A stretch of DNA of 64,000 bases, taken from the NCBI RefSeq assembly GCF_963921235.1, contig NC_086097.1:117244001-117308000 (forward strand), read 5' to 3'. Of this stretch, positions 12,371-25,659 are shown one piece after another. A program made the translations under genes and the position numbers. Source of the DNA: Mobula hypostoma. Its lineage: Eukaryota. How positions within the stretch are numbered: the first letter of the stretch is position 1; each line of letters opens with the position of its first letter. The notes beneath the pieces were generated by a model. The model worked only from the letters and a program-made list of their open reading frames with translations, was not told where the DNA came from and did not search any database.

Positions 12371-13321
12371 AATTTTTACTTTCATTAATTTACCTTGTTT
12401 GTCAATGTAACATTTATTCTTCCGATGACCTAACACTTTGTATTGGCCAGCATGTAGCAGTCATGCTTCGCCCCCACAACTGGACAGCACAGATGACAGA
12501 TGATTCGCTTTTTAAGATTCTTACTATACAAAGCAGCTGAAGATTCAGATTTATTGATCATATGTAAATGGAAACATACAGTGAAATGGGTTGCTAGCGT
12601 TAACTACCAACACAACATTGCTGGGGGCAGCCTGCAAGTGTCACCACACATTCCAGCACGACATAACACAATCCGCACTGCTCAGCAGAACAGAACAGAA
12701 CACAATAAAACTGAACAGCATTCCGACAATACTCATCAGAACACAGCAAAACTGAAAAGAATAAGCAAAAAAACAGCAACAGCAAAACATTCCCCTCCCC
12801 CCGCCCACGAACATGGACAGTCCCTCAATTCTAGGTCACCCAGTTTCCAGTCTCCAGCTAATGGGCTTCAACTTCCAGAATTCCAGTGAACTTTCAGGCT
12901 CTGACCTTCGCTATTAACACCCAGACTATCCAAACACAGGAACCCGAACTCCAGGCCGGCCTTCATGCCTCCTGCTCGCATAGACATCTGTTCCTGGGAC
13001 AGCCCAATATCCATGGATGTCCTTTGCTCCATGACCATGTTGTTGACCTTCAGGCACGGAGCAAAGTTATAGATTCCAGATGTCCTTCATCACCCGTCTG
13101 CTTTGAGTGCAGAGCATGAGCAGAGGCCCAGACACCAGCCTGACCTCCATCCCCATCCCTAAGCCCTAATATGACCTCTAACTTCCCTAAATCTGTCCCT
13201 AAACCCTAACCTGACCCTTAACTCACCTCTCCGTCCCTAAACCTATCCCTAAGAACTTAAAAAAATCCAACTACTATAATTCTGAACCACAACCATTGTT
13301 CGAGACAACAACCAGCAAGAC

Positions 13322-13460
13322 ATAGCATCAAAGGTTACAGGGAAAAAGCCAGGAACTGGTGTTGAGGAGGAGAAGAAAAAACAATCAGCCATGATTGAAT
13401 GGCGGAGCAGACTCGATGGGCCAGATGGCCTAATTCTGCTTCTATACCTCATGGTCTTGA
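13322..13460 (+). mobile_element. CR1 3' UTR fragment
   Basis: gcatcaaaggttacagggaaaa...gcagactcgatgggccagatggcctaattctgct. Confidence 0.8.
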
Positions 13461-14850
13461 CTGGAAGGTCCCCATGATCGAAGGCAATTCACTGGGATGA
13501 ATGGTGTGGCTGGAAAGTCCATTGCCCTGCAAAGCCAACAACAAATGCAGCATTAGAGAACATCTAGGCCTGTCTCACTGGCTGCCAGTTCTGAAGGTCT
13601 CAGCAAGAACCAGCCAAAGTTCAGCCACTACTGACAGAGGGATAGCTGGACAATTGTCTCTGGTTCTATCCCTTGGGCATTCCAACTTCCTATTTACGTT
13701 TTAGAAAATATGTGTATATTTGTTTAACCATGCCAAAGAGAAAGGAATCTGTTGAGCTTAATTTATATTTTAAAATGTCGCTCTCTTTTCTACACTGTTA
13801 GGTAACAGTGGACCTGAACTACATTCAGTGTGGCATATCCTTAGTTGGTTAATGAATGCACACAATTATTGAGTGAATCTGTGTGTGTGGTATGATTCTT
13901 GAATGTGTTTTCCCAAAGTGATTTAAATTAGCTCCCTGCAATCTGTGTTTGCCTCCATGTCTTCATTGGTCCTGTGCCATATTCTAAATGTTTTTCCTTA
14001 CTGGGGAGCAGTAGTGGAGATTCACTGCTTAGCCAACTGGCAAACTGCCTTTTAACAGAGAAGGCTCACTTCCTACGTCTGGGACAATCTTTAATGTATC
14101 TGCAATTCTGCCAATGATGCAGCTGTTGGGAGTTTATTACTCTCAGGCTGGTGCTTATTGTCGTGGCTCAGACCATAGTTGACATTTCTCTCGCTCACTA
14201 TTTCATGCTTCTTCACACATGACATCACTGGCACTCTTTTATCCTTCATCCTTAACATTATCCTTAGTGAAGGACAGTGGTCCACTATTAAGCCTTCTGA
14301 ACTCCCTCCCTGAACATTTTCCGAATGCAAGTGGCTTGGAGCTCACCCGAAATGCCTCCTGGAGCTGCTGTGAGAATGCTTGTAAGTCCCATCTGCTTTG
14401 TACATGAATTGAATATGCAGAGATGACATTGCAGCTGCCACTATCAGAATGCCTTTCTCTAAGGTAGAGAACTAGACGAAGAAGCGTTAATCCTATCCAG
14501 CTTTGTGTAACTTTGGATGGAAATGCTTGATCACCACTGCTAAGATGTTGCGCTGTCCTCTCTGTGGAAAGAACTGTATCAAATTTTATAACCAAAAGAA
14601 ATTTGGATGAGACATTGCATCAATTGTAACTTTATTTTATCTGCTGCATCTTGGTCAATTACATATTCAAAATTGACATCACTGGCAAGCTTACTTGAGC
14701 TAATGATGCCTACTCCTTGTTATCAATGAGGTAAAGGAGCTTCTTTTTGTGTCCATTGCTACCAAGTGCCAATGTGCTTACATGGATGAAGAAAGAGAGT
14801 TGAAAATCAATTTGGCTCCAAGTTTTCAAATTGACAAGTTACTCAGATGG

Positions 14851-15267
14851 TGTAGGCCCCTGCCCGTCAGGGAGATCAGTGATTACATTGAAATACAGAC
14901 AAATTATATCATTAAGAAATTGGTGTGATGTTGTATCATCTGCGCGCGCACGCACACACACACACATGCCATGAACCCGACAGCCTGTACACCTGTATTT
15001 GTTAATTGTTGTCTTATCTAGAGTTAAGCCCTTGTACTTTCTGGTTAATCTTGTCAAGTTTATTTTGACTGGCACAGGTTTTCTACGTACTGTGATAATT
15101 TAAGGCAGACCCCTGATCAGCACTTATAGCGGGCCCTTGTGTTTCAAGAATGATGCCTCTCACGGTTTCGCTCAGTCAAGCCACTGATGCTCTGTTGGAA
15201 TTCCTGTTATTAAACTCTTGACCCTTTCTCTATGTGGAGCCTGTCATTTCTCCACACCTGCTCTACA
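14851..15267 (+). mobile_element. probable solo LTR
   Basis: TGTAG...CTACA inverted termini; ATTAAA ~55 nt before the end; TSD not visible. Confidence 0.45.
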
Positions 15268-15290
15268 AAATAAGTTTCACAACATATGTT

Positions 15291-17832
15291 ATTTCTTCAG
15301 CAGTTTGAACAGGGCATGACTGCGCAAGCATGTGGAGGTCGGCCAGTAAGAACAGCGGGAAGAGTTTAAAAGCGAGCAGAGTTGAGAAGATAATGGTTCT
15401 TTCTTTGGCAGTTTGAACAGGGCACGGCTGCGCAAGCGCATGGAGATTGGCTAGTGAGAACAGTGGGAGGAGTTTAAAAGGAAGACAGATTTACAGAGCG
15501 AGCGCTGGAGGAGCGGGCAATGGAGTAGTGGGAGACAGAGTAGGAAGGCTCAATGGGGTTTCAGCGATAAAGGGTCGAAGCCAGGTAGGTTATCTGTTCA
15601 AAATAAAGACAGAAAGTACGTGTGTGAGGCCAGTTTTCTGTGCTCGGTGTCAGATGTAGGAGGTCCTGGAGACTCTCAGCCTCCCGGAAGACCACACCTG
15701 CATCAGGTGCGTCAAGCTGCAGCTCCTTAGAGACCGTGTTAGGGAACTGGAGCTGCAGCTCGATGACCTCCATCTGGTCAGGGAGAGTGAGGAGTTGATA
15801 GAGAGAAGCTATAGTTAGGTAGTCACCCCGGGACCACAGGAGACTGAGGAGTGGGTAACAGTCAGGAGAGGGAAAGGCAAGAAGCAGGTACTAGCAAGTA
15901 CCCCAGTGGCTCTCCCCCTTAACAATGTTGGAGAGGATGGCCTACCTGGGGGAAGCAACAGTGGTCGCACCTCTGGCACAGAGTCTGAGAAGGCCTTGGC
16001 GAACAGGATTAAGGAAAACCTCAAGGCATTCTACAAATATGTGAAGAGCAAGGGGATAAGATATGAGAGAATAGGACCAATCAAGTGTGATAGTGGAAAA
16101 GTGTGTATGGAACTAGCGGAAATAGCGGAGGTAATTAATGAATATTTTGCTTCAGTATTCACTATGGAAAAGGATATTGGCAATTGTAGGGAAGATTTGC
16201 AGTGGACTGAAAAGTGTGAAAATGTAGATATTATGAAAGAGGATGTTCTGGAGATTTTGGAAAGTACCAAGTTGGATAAGTCACCAGGATCGGATGGAAT
16301 GTAACTCAGGCTACTGTGGGAAGCAATGGCGGAGATTGCTGAGCCTCTGGCAATGATCTTTGCATCATCAACGAGGATGGGAGAGATTCCAGAGGATTGG
16401 AGGGTTGTGGATGTTGTTCCCTTATTCAAAAAAGGGAGAAGGGATAGCCCAGGAAATTATAGGCCAGTGAGTCTTACTTCAGTGGTTGGTAAGTTGTTGG
16501 AGAAGTTCCTGAGAGGCAGGATTTATGAACATTTGGAGAGGCATAATATGATTAGGAATAGTCAGCATGGCTTTGTCAAAGGCAGGTCATGCCTTATGAG
16601 TCTGATTGATTTTTTTTTGAGGATGTGACTAAGCACATTGATGAAGGTAGAGCTGTAGATTTTAGCAAGGCACTTGATAAGGTACCCCATGGAAGGCTTA
16701 TTGAGAAAGTAAGGAGGCATGGGATCCAAGGGGGCATTGCTTTGTGGATCCAGAACTGGCTTGCCCACAGAAGACAAAGAGTGGTTATAGACGGGTCATA
16801 TTCTGCATGAATGTTGGTGACCAGTTGTGTACCTCAGGGATCTGTTCTGGGACCCCTACTCTTTGTGATTTTTATAAATGACCTGGATGAGGAAGTGGAG
16901 GGATGGGTTAGTAAATTTGCTGATGACACAAAGGTTGGGGATGTTGTGGATAGTACGGAGGGCTGTCAAAGGTTACAACAGGACATTGATAGGATACAAA
17001 ACTGGTCTGAGAAGTGGCAGATGGAGTTCAACCAGATAAGTGTGAGGTGGTTTATTTTGGTAGGTCAAATATTATGGCAGAATATAGTATTAATGGTAAG
17101 ACTCTTGACAGTGTGGAGGATCAGGGTTATCTTGGGGTCCGAGTCCATAGGACACTCAAAGCCGCTACGCAGATTGACTCTGTGGTTAAGAAGGCATACG
17201 GTGCGTTGGCCTTCATCAATCGTGGGATTGCGTTCAAGACCCGAGAGGTAATATTGCAGCTATATAGGACCCTGGTCAGGCCTCACTTGGAGTACTGTCA
17301 TCATTTCTGGTCACCTCACTACAGGAAGGATATGGAAACCATAGAAAGGGTGCAGAGGAGATTTACAAGGATGTTGCCTTGATTGGGGAGCATGCCTTAT
17401 GAGAATAGGTTGAGTGAACTCGGCCTTTTCTCCTTGAAGCAATGGAGGATGAGAGGTGACTTGATAGAGGTGTACAAGATAATGAGAGGCATTGATAGTG
17501 TGGGTAGTCAGAGGCTTTTTCCCAGAGCTGAAATGGCTAGCACAAGAGGGCATAGTTTTAAGGTGCTTGGAAGCAGGTACAGAGGAGATGTCAGGGGTAA
17601 ATTTTTTATGCAGAGAGTCGTGAGTGCGTGGAATGGGCTGCTGGCGGCAGTGGTGGAGGCAGAAACGATAGGGGTTTTTGAGAGACTCCTGGCAACGTGC
17701 ATGGAGCTTAGAAGAATAGAGGGCTATGGGTAAAGCCTAGGCAGTTCTAAGGAGGGACATGCTCAGCACAGCTTTGTGGGCCGAAGGGCCTGTATTGTGC
17801 TGCCGGTTTTCTATGTTTCTATGTTTCTATGT
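15291..17832 (+). mobile_element. CR1 LINE with 5' UTR, ORF1 N-terminus, large internal deletion, RT and 3' tail
   Basis: duplicated 5' leader; ORF1 CARCQM..HTCIRCVKLQLLRDRVRELE; jump at ~15987 to ORF2 [42 protein letters not shown]; (ctatgttt)n tail; multiple stops. Confidence 0.95.
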
Positions 17833-18337
17833 CATTTTCCCATGGACATCAGGAACAGCCACGTAGGACCCTAGGTTCCACCTTTAGCAAATGATTTTCA
17901 AAAATGTTGTCTTCTCCCTTTCACTGTACTGTAGTCTCCAAGAAATACAATGCAGTAAGCTACATTAATGAACAAACAGCAAGTGACTGTCTGCTCAGGA
18001 TTAAACAGACACTGTCTACGCTTCTGACAGCTGCTGGAGATCATTCTTCTGTTGTATGAACATGAAAATGTGTACTGAATGAATTCTCACAGACAAAGAT
18101 CCAGAAACAGGTTTAATATTACTGGCATATGCCATAAAATAAGGTATTTTGCGGCAGCAGTACATTGCAATACATAATTAAAAAACCTAAAAATTACAAT
18201 AAGAAATGAGATACATCTATATAAATTAAATTAATAAGTAATGTGAAAGAAAGGTAGCAACTGTAAGCTTAAACTATGGTGTCTGCATGATATTCACAAA
18301 ATTTTGTTGATAACAATTCCAATAAAATCAATTAAAA

Positions 18338-18635
18338 GGAAGATTAGCTTTATTTGTCACATATACATTGAAGCATGCAGTGAAATGTATCGTTTGCATC
18401 CAATCAAATCGGTGAGGGTCGTGCTGAGTCCTCCAGAAGTGTTACCACGCTCCTGGCACTGACACAGCACCCCCACTGCTCTCTTGCCGTAACCGCACGT
18501 CTTTCGAATGTGAGGGAAAACCGCAGCACCTCGAGGAAACCCACACAGTCACGGGAAGGATGTACAGACTCCTTACAGACGGCAGCCCCAATCTTACAGC
18601 TGGCGCTACAAAGTACTGTGCTCGTCGCTACGCTT
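18338..18635 (-). mobile_element. V-SINE
   Basis: gaaaaccgcagcacctcgaggaaacccacacagtcacgggaaggatgtacagactccttacagac is the V domain in reverse. Confidence 0.8.
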
Positions 18636-18704
18636 TGAGAACAAGGTTCGTTTTCTTGCAGACAAAGAAACACAATGTTGATTTCTTAATTTATTGACGT
18701 ACTT

Positions 18705-18910
18705 CATGAGCTGGGCCATTCTGGCCCTTCAAGCCATGCCGCCCAGCAACACGCCTCCTCCCCACCTCCCCACCAATTTAATCCTAGCCTAGCCACGGGA
18801 CAGTTTACAATGACCATTTACCCTACCAACTGGTATGTCTTTGGACAACAGGAGGAGCCGCATGTGGTCACAAAGAGATTGTACAAAGTCCTCACAGATA
18901 GCAAAGGGAA
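18705..18910 (-). mobile_element. V-SINE fragment
   Basis: homologous to 3250-3420. Confidence 0.7.
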
Positions 18911-18999
18911 TAATAGATCCTGTTCAGAGAAACATCCCACACATCAAAGCCATCAAACACCCACCGTGTAAAACAAAAGAACAAATTATACAAAGGGCC

Positions 19000-20100
19000 T
19001 ATGGTAATACCTGAAACTTACTAACATGGTTAGAGCATTGGCTGATTGGTAGGAGGCAGTGAGTGGGAATAAAAGGATACTTTTCTGGTTGGCTGCCAGT
19101 GACTAGTGGTTTTCCGCAGGGGTCGGTGTTGGGACCACCTCTTTTTATGCTGTATATAAATGATATAGATGATGGAATAGATGGCTTTGTTCCCAAGTTT
19201 GCAGATGATATGAAGATTAATGGAGGGGCAGGTAATGTTGAGGAAACAGATATGATGCAGGAGGACAGATTAGGAGAATGGGCAAGAAAGTGACAAATGA
19301 AATACAATGTTAGAAAATGCACGGTCATACACTTTGGCAGTAGAAATAAATGTGTAGACTATTTTCGGAACGGGGAGAAAATCCAGGAATCTGAGATGCA
19401 AAGGGATCCAGAAATCTGAGATGTTCTTGTGCAGAAAACCCTGAAGTTTAACTTTCAGGTTGAGTCAGTGGTGAGGAAGGCAAATGCAATGTTAGCATTC
19501 ATTTCAAGAGGTCCAGAATACAAGAGCAGGGATATGATGCTAAGGCTTTATAAGACACTGGTGAGGCCTCACCTTGAGTATTGTGAACAGTTTTGGCCTT
19601 CTCATCTAGGAAAAGATGTGCTGGCATTGGAAAGGTTTCAGAGGAGGTTCACAAGAATTATTCCAGGAATGAAAGGGTTGTCATACAGGGAATGTTTGAT
19701 GGCTCTGGGTTTGTACTCGCTGGGATGTAGAAGGTTGGGGGCTGGATCTCATTGAAACCTCTCGAATGTTGAAAAGCCTAGACAGGGTAGATGTGGAAAG
19801 GATGGTTTTCATGGTGGGGGAGCCTGGGACAAGAGGGCACAGCCTCAGAATAGAGGGGCATTCATTTAAAACAGAGATGCAGATAAATTTCTTTAGCCAG
19901 AGGGTGGTGAATTTGTGGAATTTGTTACCACAGGCAGATATGGAGGCCAGGTCATTGGGTGCATTTAAGGCAGAGATTGATAGGTTCTTGATTGGACATG
20001 GCATCAAAGGTTACAGATAAAAGGCCGGGGAATGGGGATGAGGAGGGGAAAGAAGGATCAGCCTAATTCTGCTCCTATGTTTTTCTGGTCTTATGGTCTT
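19000..20100 (+). mobile_element. CR1 LINE, 5'-truncated
   Basis: [35 protein letters not shown]; tail tcttatggtctt. Confidence 0.95.
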
Positions 20101-20129
20101 CTTGCTGGAACTACACCTCTTCAGTAGAG

Positions 20130-20720
20130 ATACCATACTGCAACATGCCTTAGGCCCTATGTGGGTCAGGGTCAACCATGGATGTTGTTACTAGCAGTTT
20201 ATATGATATACAGCCAGGGCAGTACGATATGGAGAGCAAGCTGTGGACCGTGCAGGAAGCTCCCCATCTCTACGCAGCTGATGAATACAAAGGAACAGCA
20301 GAGACCAATATATTTGGCACCAGCGGCATCGCAGGAGCTGCCAGTCAGCACTGAACTCTACCTAGGACTGCCTTGGGGACTCCAGCCATTGATTTTTCTT
20401 CAGGGTTTACTTCCAAGGCCATGATTTACTTCCATGGGTGGATATAGCTGCGAAGCAGCTGAGGTCTGATATCAGAGTTTTCCTTCTCCTAGATGAGCTG
20501 TCAACCACCACTGTCAAGCCCAATCTGCCCAAACCGACTGGTTCTAAGGTACCAGTAACCTATCTTTGCCCCCTCTCCTGTCAGTAGAAATGGTTCCGCT
20601 GGACTTAGTAGCTAAGCCAGACGCCAAGGCCAGGAGCTGGACTTGAGTTATCAGAGGCTGTTTAAGATTCACACCACTGGGAGCATCTAATAGGTAGTGG
20701 GAGCTTATCCCCACTATCTT
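20130..20720 (-). mobile_element. non-autonomous element with RTE-type leader
   Basis: minus strand catctaggagaaggaaaactctgatatcagacctc...gtaaaccctgaag resembles RTE-associated repeats (recognition only); 5' hairpin tagtggg-gataagct-cccacta. Confidence 0.45.
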
Positions 20721-20989
20721 GCCCAGTTTTGACAATCTTAAGTGATCACTGACTCATGCCAATGACAAAGTACTTTCACTACAGTAGATTTCTCCAGCAT
20801 CTGCCGAATCTCAGGTTCACCTTGTGGTCGTTTCACATCCTGAAGATGGTTCTATCTTCTGGGAGGGTAATAGGAGTAGATGGTGGCAGAGTTTGATCTC
20901 CTTTGGCTCAGGCACTATTGCATTACTGGGTCAATTGACACATTTAGTACACTGATACCTTCCTTCTGATTGATTCTGACATACAAGAG

Positions 20990-21190
20990 AGTAAGGGACA
21001 AATTTTATTGTCATCTGGAATAATGTCAAAGTTTAAAGTAAATGCATATACAGTCTGTCACCACATAAAACCCTGAGATTAATTTTCTTGTGGGCATACT
21101 CGATAATAGAACAACAGCCAGAATAGAATGAATGGAAGATTGCGCCAACTGGGTGAACAAAAGACAACAAACTGTGTAAATGCAAAAAAA
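20990..21190 (-). mobile_element. distal 3' UTR of the Rex1-type LINE split by the R4 element
   Basis: continues at 25660; the joined sequence matches the uninterrupted 3' UTR at 57400-57620. Confidence 0.75.
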
Positions 21191-21194
21191 AGGC

Positions 21195-24100
21195 AACAGC
21201 ACCGCCATGGATGGGATGAGAGGACAACGCCGGCCTCTGGCAGTGGGAGGCAGAGTTTGGAGAACTCGTCGGACGGTGAGCCTCTCAGCTGTGTAGACTC
21301 GGAGGACAGCTGAGTAGCTGGGACTTGGTTTCGGGCTCTGTGGGACAGTCTGGGGTGCTGGAACGTGAGGTGCAGGGGAAGGCCACTCATCGGTGTAGAA
21401 TCAACCGCATCCACTCTTCCACCAACACCCCCAGTCCACAAATCTGGCTACAGGTATAACAAGCAATACTCTTTTTGCTTTAGAAATGGAGAGATGTCTA
21501 CAGAACAGAGTGATATGGCCGTTGCCTGGGTACTGCCAGGGAGGCCTGGAGCTAGGAATGGGCATGATGACAGTAAGTGAACCACTAGCGGTGCACTGCT
21601 GACTAGCCAAGCAGGCACCAGGAAACCCAAAAGAAATACTGCCAACATTCGGAGTAGTAACCCATCAACACTACAGGCTGTGACTGCTGCTCTGGGGAGA
21701 AGTCCACTTACAACGGAGACCACTCAAGCAGCTCAGACCAGAAAGACACACATGAAATGGTCATTAGAAGTGAACACATTCACAATGTGTTTATATTACC
21801 TAGTAACAGAACTTGAGACTGACGTGACCGCACACAGAAACTAACTTCATCAACAGTCCCTTCATGCAATAAATGCACAACAAATAGAAGATCAATGCAG
21901 AGCGATAGTAAAAAGTAACTTGTTCCTGATAGACATGTTAAACCAAATAAAATATGAAGTTGCACAAGAAAAAAACAACCTCAAAATCACAACAATACTA
22001 CACAAGAAAATAATGAAGATGCAATTATTTCCACTGCTTCACAATCAGACGTTAACAACAACACAAATGTAGAACCTCAGCAGAATGCTGCTGATGAAGC
22101 TGAGCTTACAGAAAAAAAAATCTTAATATCTAACACCACACTAACAAAACATATGGGCACTGTCCCAACAAAAAAAAACCCTACATACCCAAACAAATTG
22201 CGTCCTTAAAATTTGCAAAAATTGTTACCACTCTTAACAATATTATATTAACACATTTAGGAAAACTTGAAGCATTTGAAGAACTACACACAATAACACA
22301 CTGTGCAGCATTAACATCAGTGCAGTACAATGACTCCAAAATAGAGGCACATTAATAGAAACTCAAAACTGAGTAATGAAATGAGAAAACTGAAATAGCA
22401 GAAGATATTAAGGGACAAAATTGAAACTTTGAGAGCAGAATTAGCCTGCCCAATGGAGTATAAAAAGGATAACCTGAGCAAGAAAGTTAAGAGAAAAGCT
22501 AAGAAAATTTGGATGAAAATTATGAAGTTAAGATTAACTTTGAATTAAATGCTGTTGATTAGCTAGATATTGTTCAAGACCTGGGTCATAAGGGTGATGG
22601 TATAAGAGGCAGACGCTGCCTTGCTTGTGTGAGCTAACAATAGCCAGTCATAGATCGTGCCAGCAATGAAATATTGTTAACCTTTTTTCCAAGATTATCT
22701 AGCAAATAGCAAATAGAGGATCTAACTGTAGACTTGCATCTCTAATTTTGTGCATTGAGCAGGAACGTTAGTAAATTTGTTAATACCTAACAAGTGCTTT
22801 GGAAATTGCTGACCAGGTGTGTTTGGCTGTTGACCACTGCCCAAAATTTACCGTATAAATCTAAGATGTAACTTGACATTGTCAGAGTCGTAAGATGACA
22901 ACTCCCCGTGATCACGTAATAAAAGGGTTAACTGTATACCAAGATCTGTCTCTTTATTTCTGTTCCCTAACAGAGTAAAGTCTCTCATAGTGATTGGTGA
23001 CAATTTTTTTAATGGTAAATTGGAGTAAATTCTTCAACAGAAAATACTCAGGAAATATAAGGTTCATACAAGGTATGATTAGCCTAACAAAATTATTGTA
23101 GAGTTTATAAACACATTTAAAAAGCTTGGTGCATACAAAGCCAGATACATGAAATGCACCAGATCAAGAAAACAGAATCATCACTTTGGAAACAATGAAA
23201 AAGGTTTATACAGGACATTGTAACTAAATTAGAGGCATCAAAATATCACCAACCTCAGCACAGAATTACCAAGAAACACAGAGATAATGAACTTTTGGTC
23301 CAATATCTGGTCAAACAGAGTGATGCACAATCAAGAAGCAAGCTGGATTAGAGAGGAAAAAGAATGCACTCACATGATTGAAGAAATGCAAATTCCTGAA
23401 GATACAATAGATATGCTGAAAGAGGTTACAAAAATATCCACAGCTGGAAAAGTACTGGAAGTGGTAATATTCATAATTATTGGTATAAAAAGCTAAATTG
23501 CCTCGATTCATATCTATTAATGCATAACAATGATTTTCTTAACCATCTTGAAAAGATACCTGGATTTTTGACAGAAGGTAAAACATATCTTTAACCTAAA
23601 GCAGGAATCACAAAAGTTCCATCAAAATATCATCCCATTACTTGTTTACAAACTATATATGAAATTGTAACATCATGTATCTTGCACTAATCACCACTCA
23701 ACTAGACAACCACAATAAACTTGTAGAAGAGTAGAAAGGATACCATATGGATATGAAAGGATGTAAAGAACAACCAATAATAGATTCCATAATTCTAAAC
23801 CAAGCCCGGCGGAAAAACAGAAATCTTTCATCTTGTTATAGTGGCTACCAAGAGCCATTTGATTCTGCCCCACATTCATGGATAAATGAAGTTCTTAATA
23901 TATAGTATATAAACTACACCCTATACTTGTGAAATTCCTGCAATATCTGATGAAGTATTGGCATACTCTAATCAACCAATCTATTAACATGCAAGAAAGA
24001 ACAGCCACCATTATCAAAATAAACTGAGGCATTTTCCAGGGCAACTCTTTAAGTCCACTATGGTTACATCTAGCTTTAAACCTACTCTCTAATTTAGTGA

Positions 24101-25655
24101 ATTTGATGAAAATTGGATATCAAATCAGAAACAATGAAATGAACTATACCTTACCTTTATCAGTTAAGCTAAAACAATTAATTCAAATAGTAGAATTATT
24201 TTCAAAAGATATAAACATGATCTTTGGACTGGATAAATGCAGAATTAAACATAAAGACAGGTGCAATAGAGCTAGTACATTACGAAATGGAGCAGCAGGA
24301 TACAATACAACCAATGGATGAAAATGAAACATATACGGTAAATATCTGGGATATCAGTAAGGAAAGAAAGTAGATCATAGTGCAATAAAGGAAAAAGCCT
24401 TTTGTCAGAATTTATTTCAAGGCTTGAGAAAATCTGCCAAACAGAGCTTAACAGCAAAAATATAACAAAAGCAATAAACACTTTCACTATACTTATGTTA
24501 ATGTATTCTTTTGGCAAAATATCTTGATCTGAAACCGATCTGGAAAATTTATGAAAAAAATTAAGTACAGTACTGAAATGACAAATTTCAGTAAACATTA
24601 TGTACATTCAAGTGCACTTAGACTGACATTACCTAGGACAGAAGGAGGAAGAGAAATACAGATATTAAAACTCTACACAACAGTTAGATAGAACTTCTAA
24701 GGATATGCATTTATCAATCATAACAGGAATCAGCACTCCATGCAAGCATATGCAATTCTGAAGTACATACCACTAAACTTAAATGAGAACACAACACCCA
24801 AAAAATGAAGACATTATCACTATTGAAGGAAAAGTTAATCATTGGAAGAGCATGACTCTCCATGGAAGACATCCCCAAGAACTGAGCAGACTATATATTG
24901 CCAAGGAAGTGTTGAACACCTGGCTTCCCCAAAACAGAAAGGATCCTTGTAGTAATACAGGACCAAGTGGTGAACACAAAAAATGATCAAAATTGCATCA
25001 TAAAAGACCAGCAAATTCAAGATGATAAATGTAGAAAATTCTGAGGACAACCAGAAACAATTCCACGTATAATAGGATCCTGTAGCAGTTTAACTCAATC
25101 TGATTACTTACACAGGCACAATCAAGCGGCAAACATCATTCATCAAAATCTTGCTTTAAAATATAAACTCAGTAATGAAATCACAGTTTACTCTAAATAC
25201 AAGCCTGACCGAGTTTTAGAGTCAGAGTCCCACAAATTATATTCTAACCAATCAGTTATTACAGATAGAACAATCCATAAAAACTGCCCAGATGTTAAAA
25301 TACAGGCAAGTACAACTTATTTAATTGTTATAGCCATTCCAAACACACATAACATACAGAAATCAATGTGAAAAGCACCAGAAATATGCTAAATTAAAAG
25401 AGGAAATTGAAAGGCTTTGGAACACGTACAGGATATACATTTTCCCAATAGTAATATATTCAAGTGGTGTCATCCCAAAGACACTATACATACAATAGCA
25501 TTAAACAATTAGGGCTACACAGCAATATTATGTAGATCTTCAGAGAGCCACATTGCTAAACACCACTAGAGTAGTCTGAAAGTTCCTAACAATTGAGAAA
25601 TATGTGCTTGGCTATGCCCATACCTTAGGGTTTACAAGCCTGAGCTGAGAAAAAT
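21195..25655 (+). mobile_element. R4/Dong-clade non-LTR retrotransposon (RT + zinc knuckle + restriction-like endonuclease), near full-length but decayed
   Basis: across frameshifts: MKWSLEVN, NFWSNIWS..HNQEASWI, YHPITCLQTIY, GIFQGNSLSPLW, FGLDKC, AINTF, LTLPRTEGGR, KCRK..ETIPRIIGSC..YLHRHNQAANIIHQNLA, DRTIHKNCPD..IAIP..KYAKLKEEIERLW. Confidence 0.88.
22510..23039 (+). mobile_element. LTR-like insertion in the R4 ORF
   Basis: interrupts KKVKRKAKKI|LRKYK; flanked by GAAAAT; TATAAAT near 22854, AATAAA near 22918; ends cttcaaCA; left boundary uncertain by ~10 nt. Confidence 0.6.
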
Positions 25656-25659
25656 AAGT

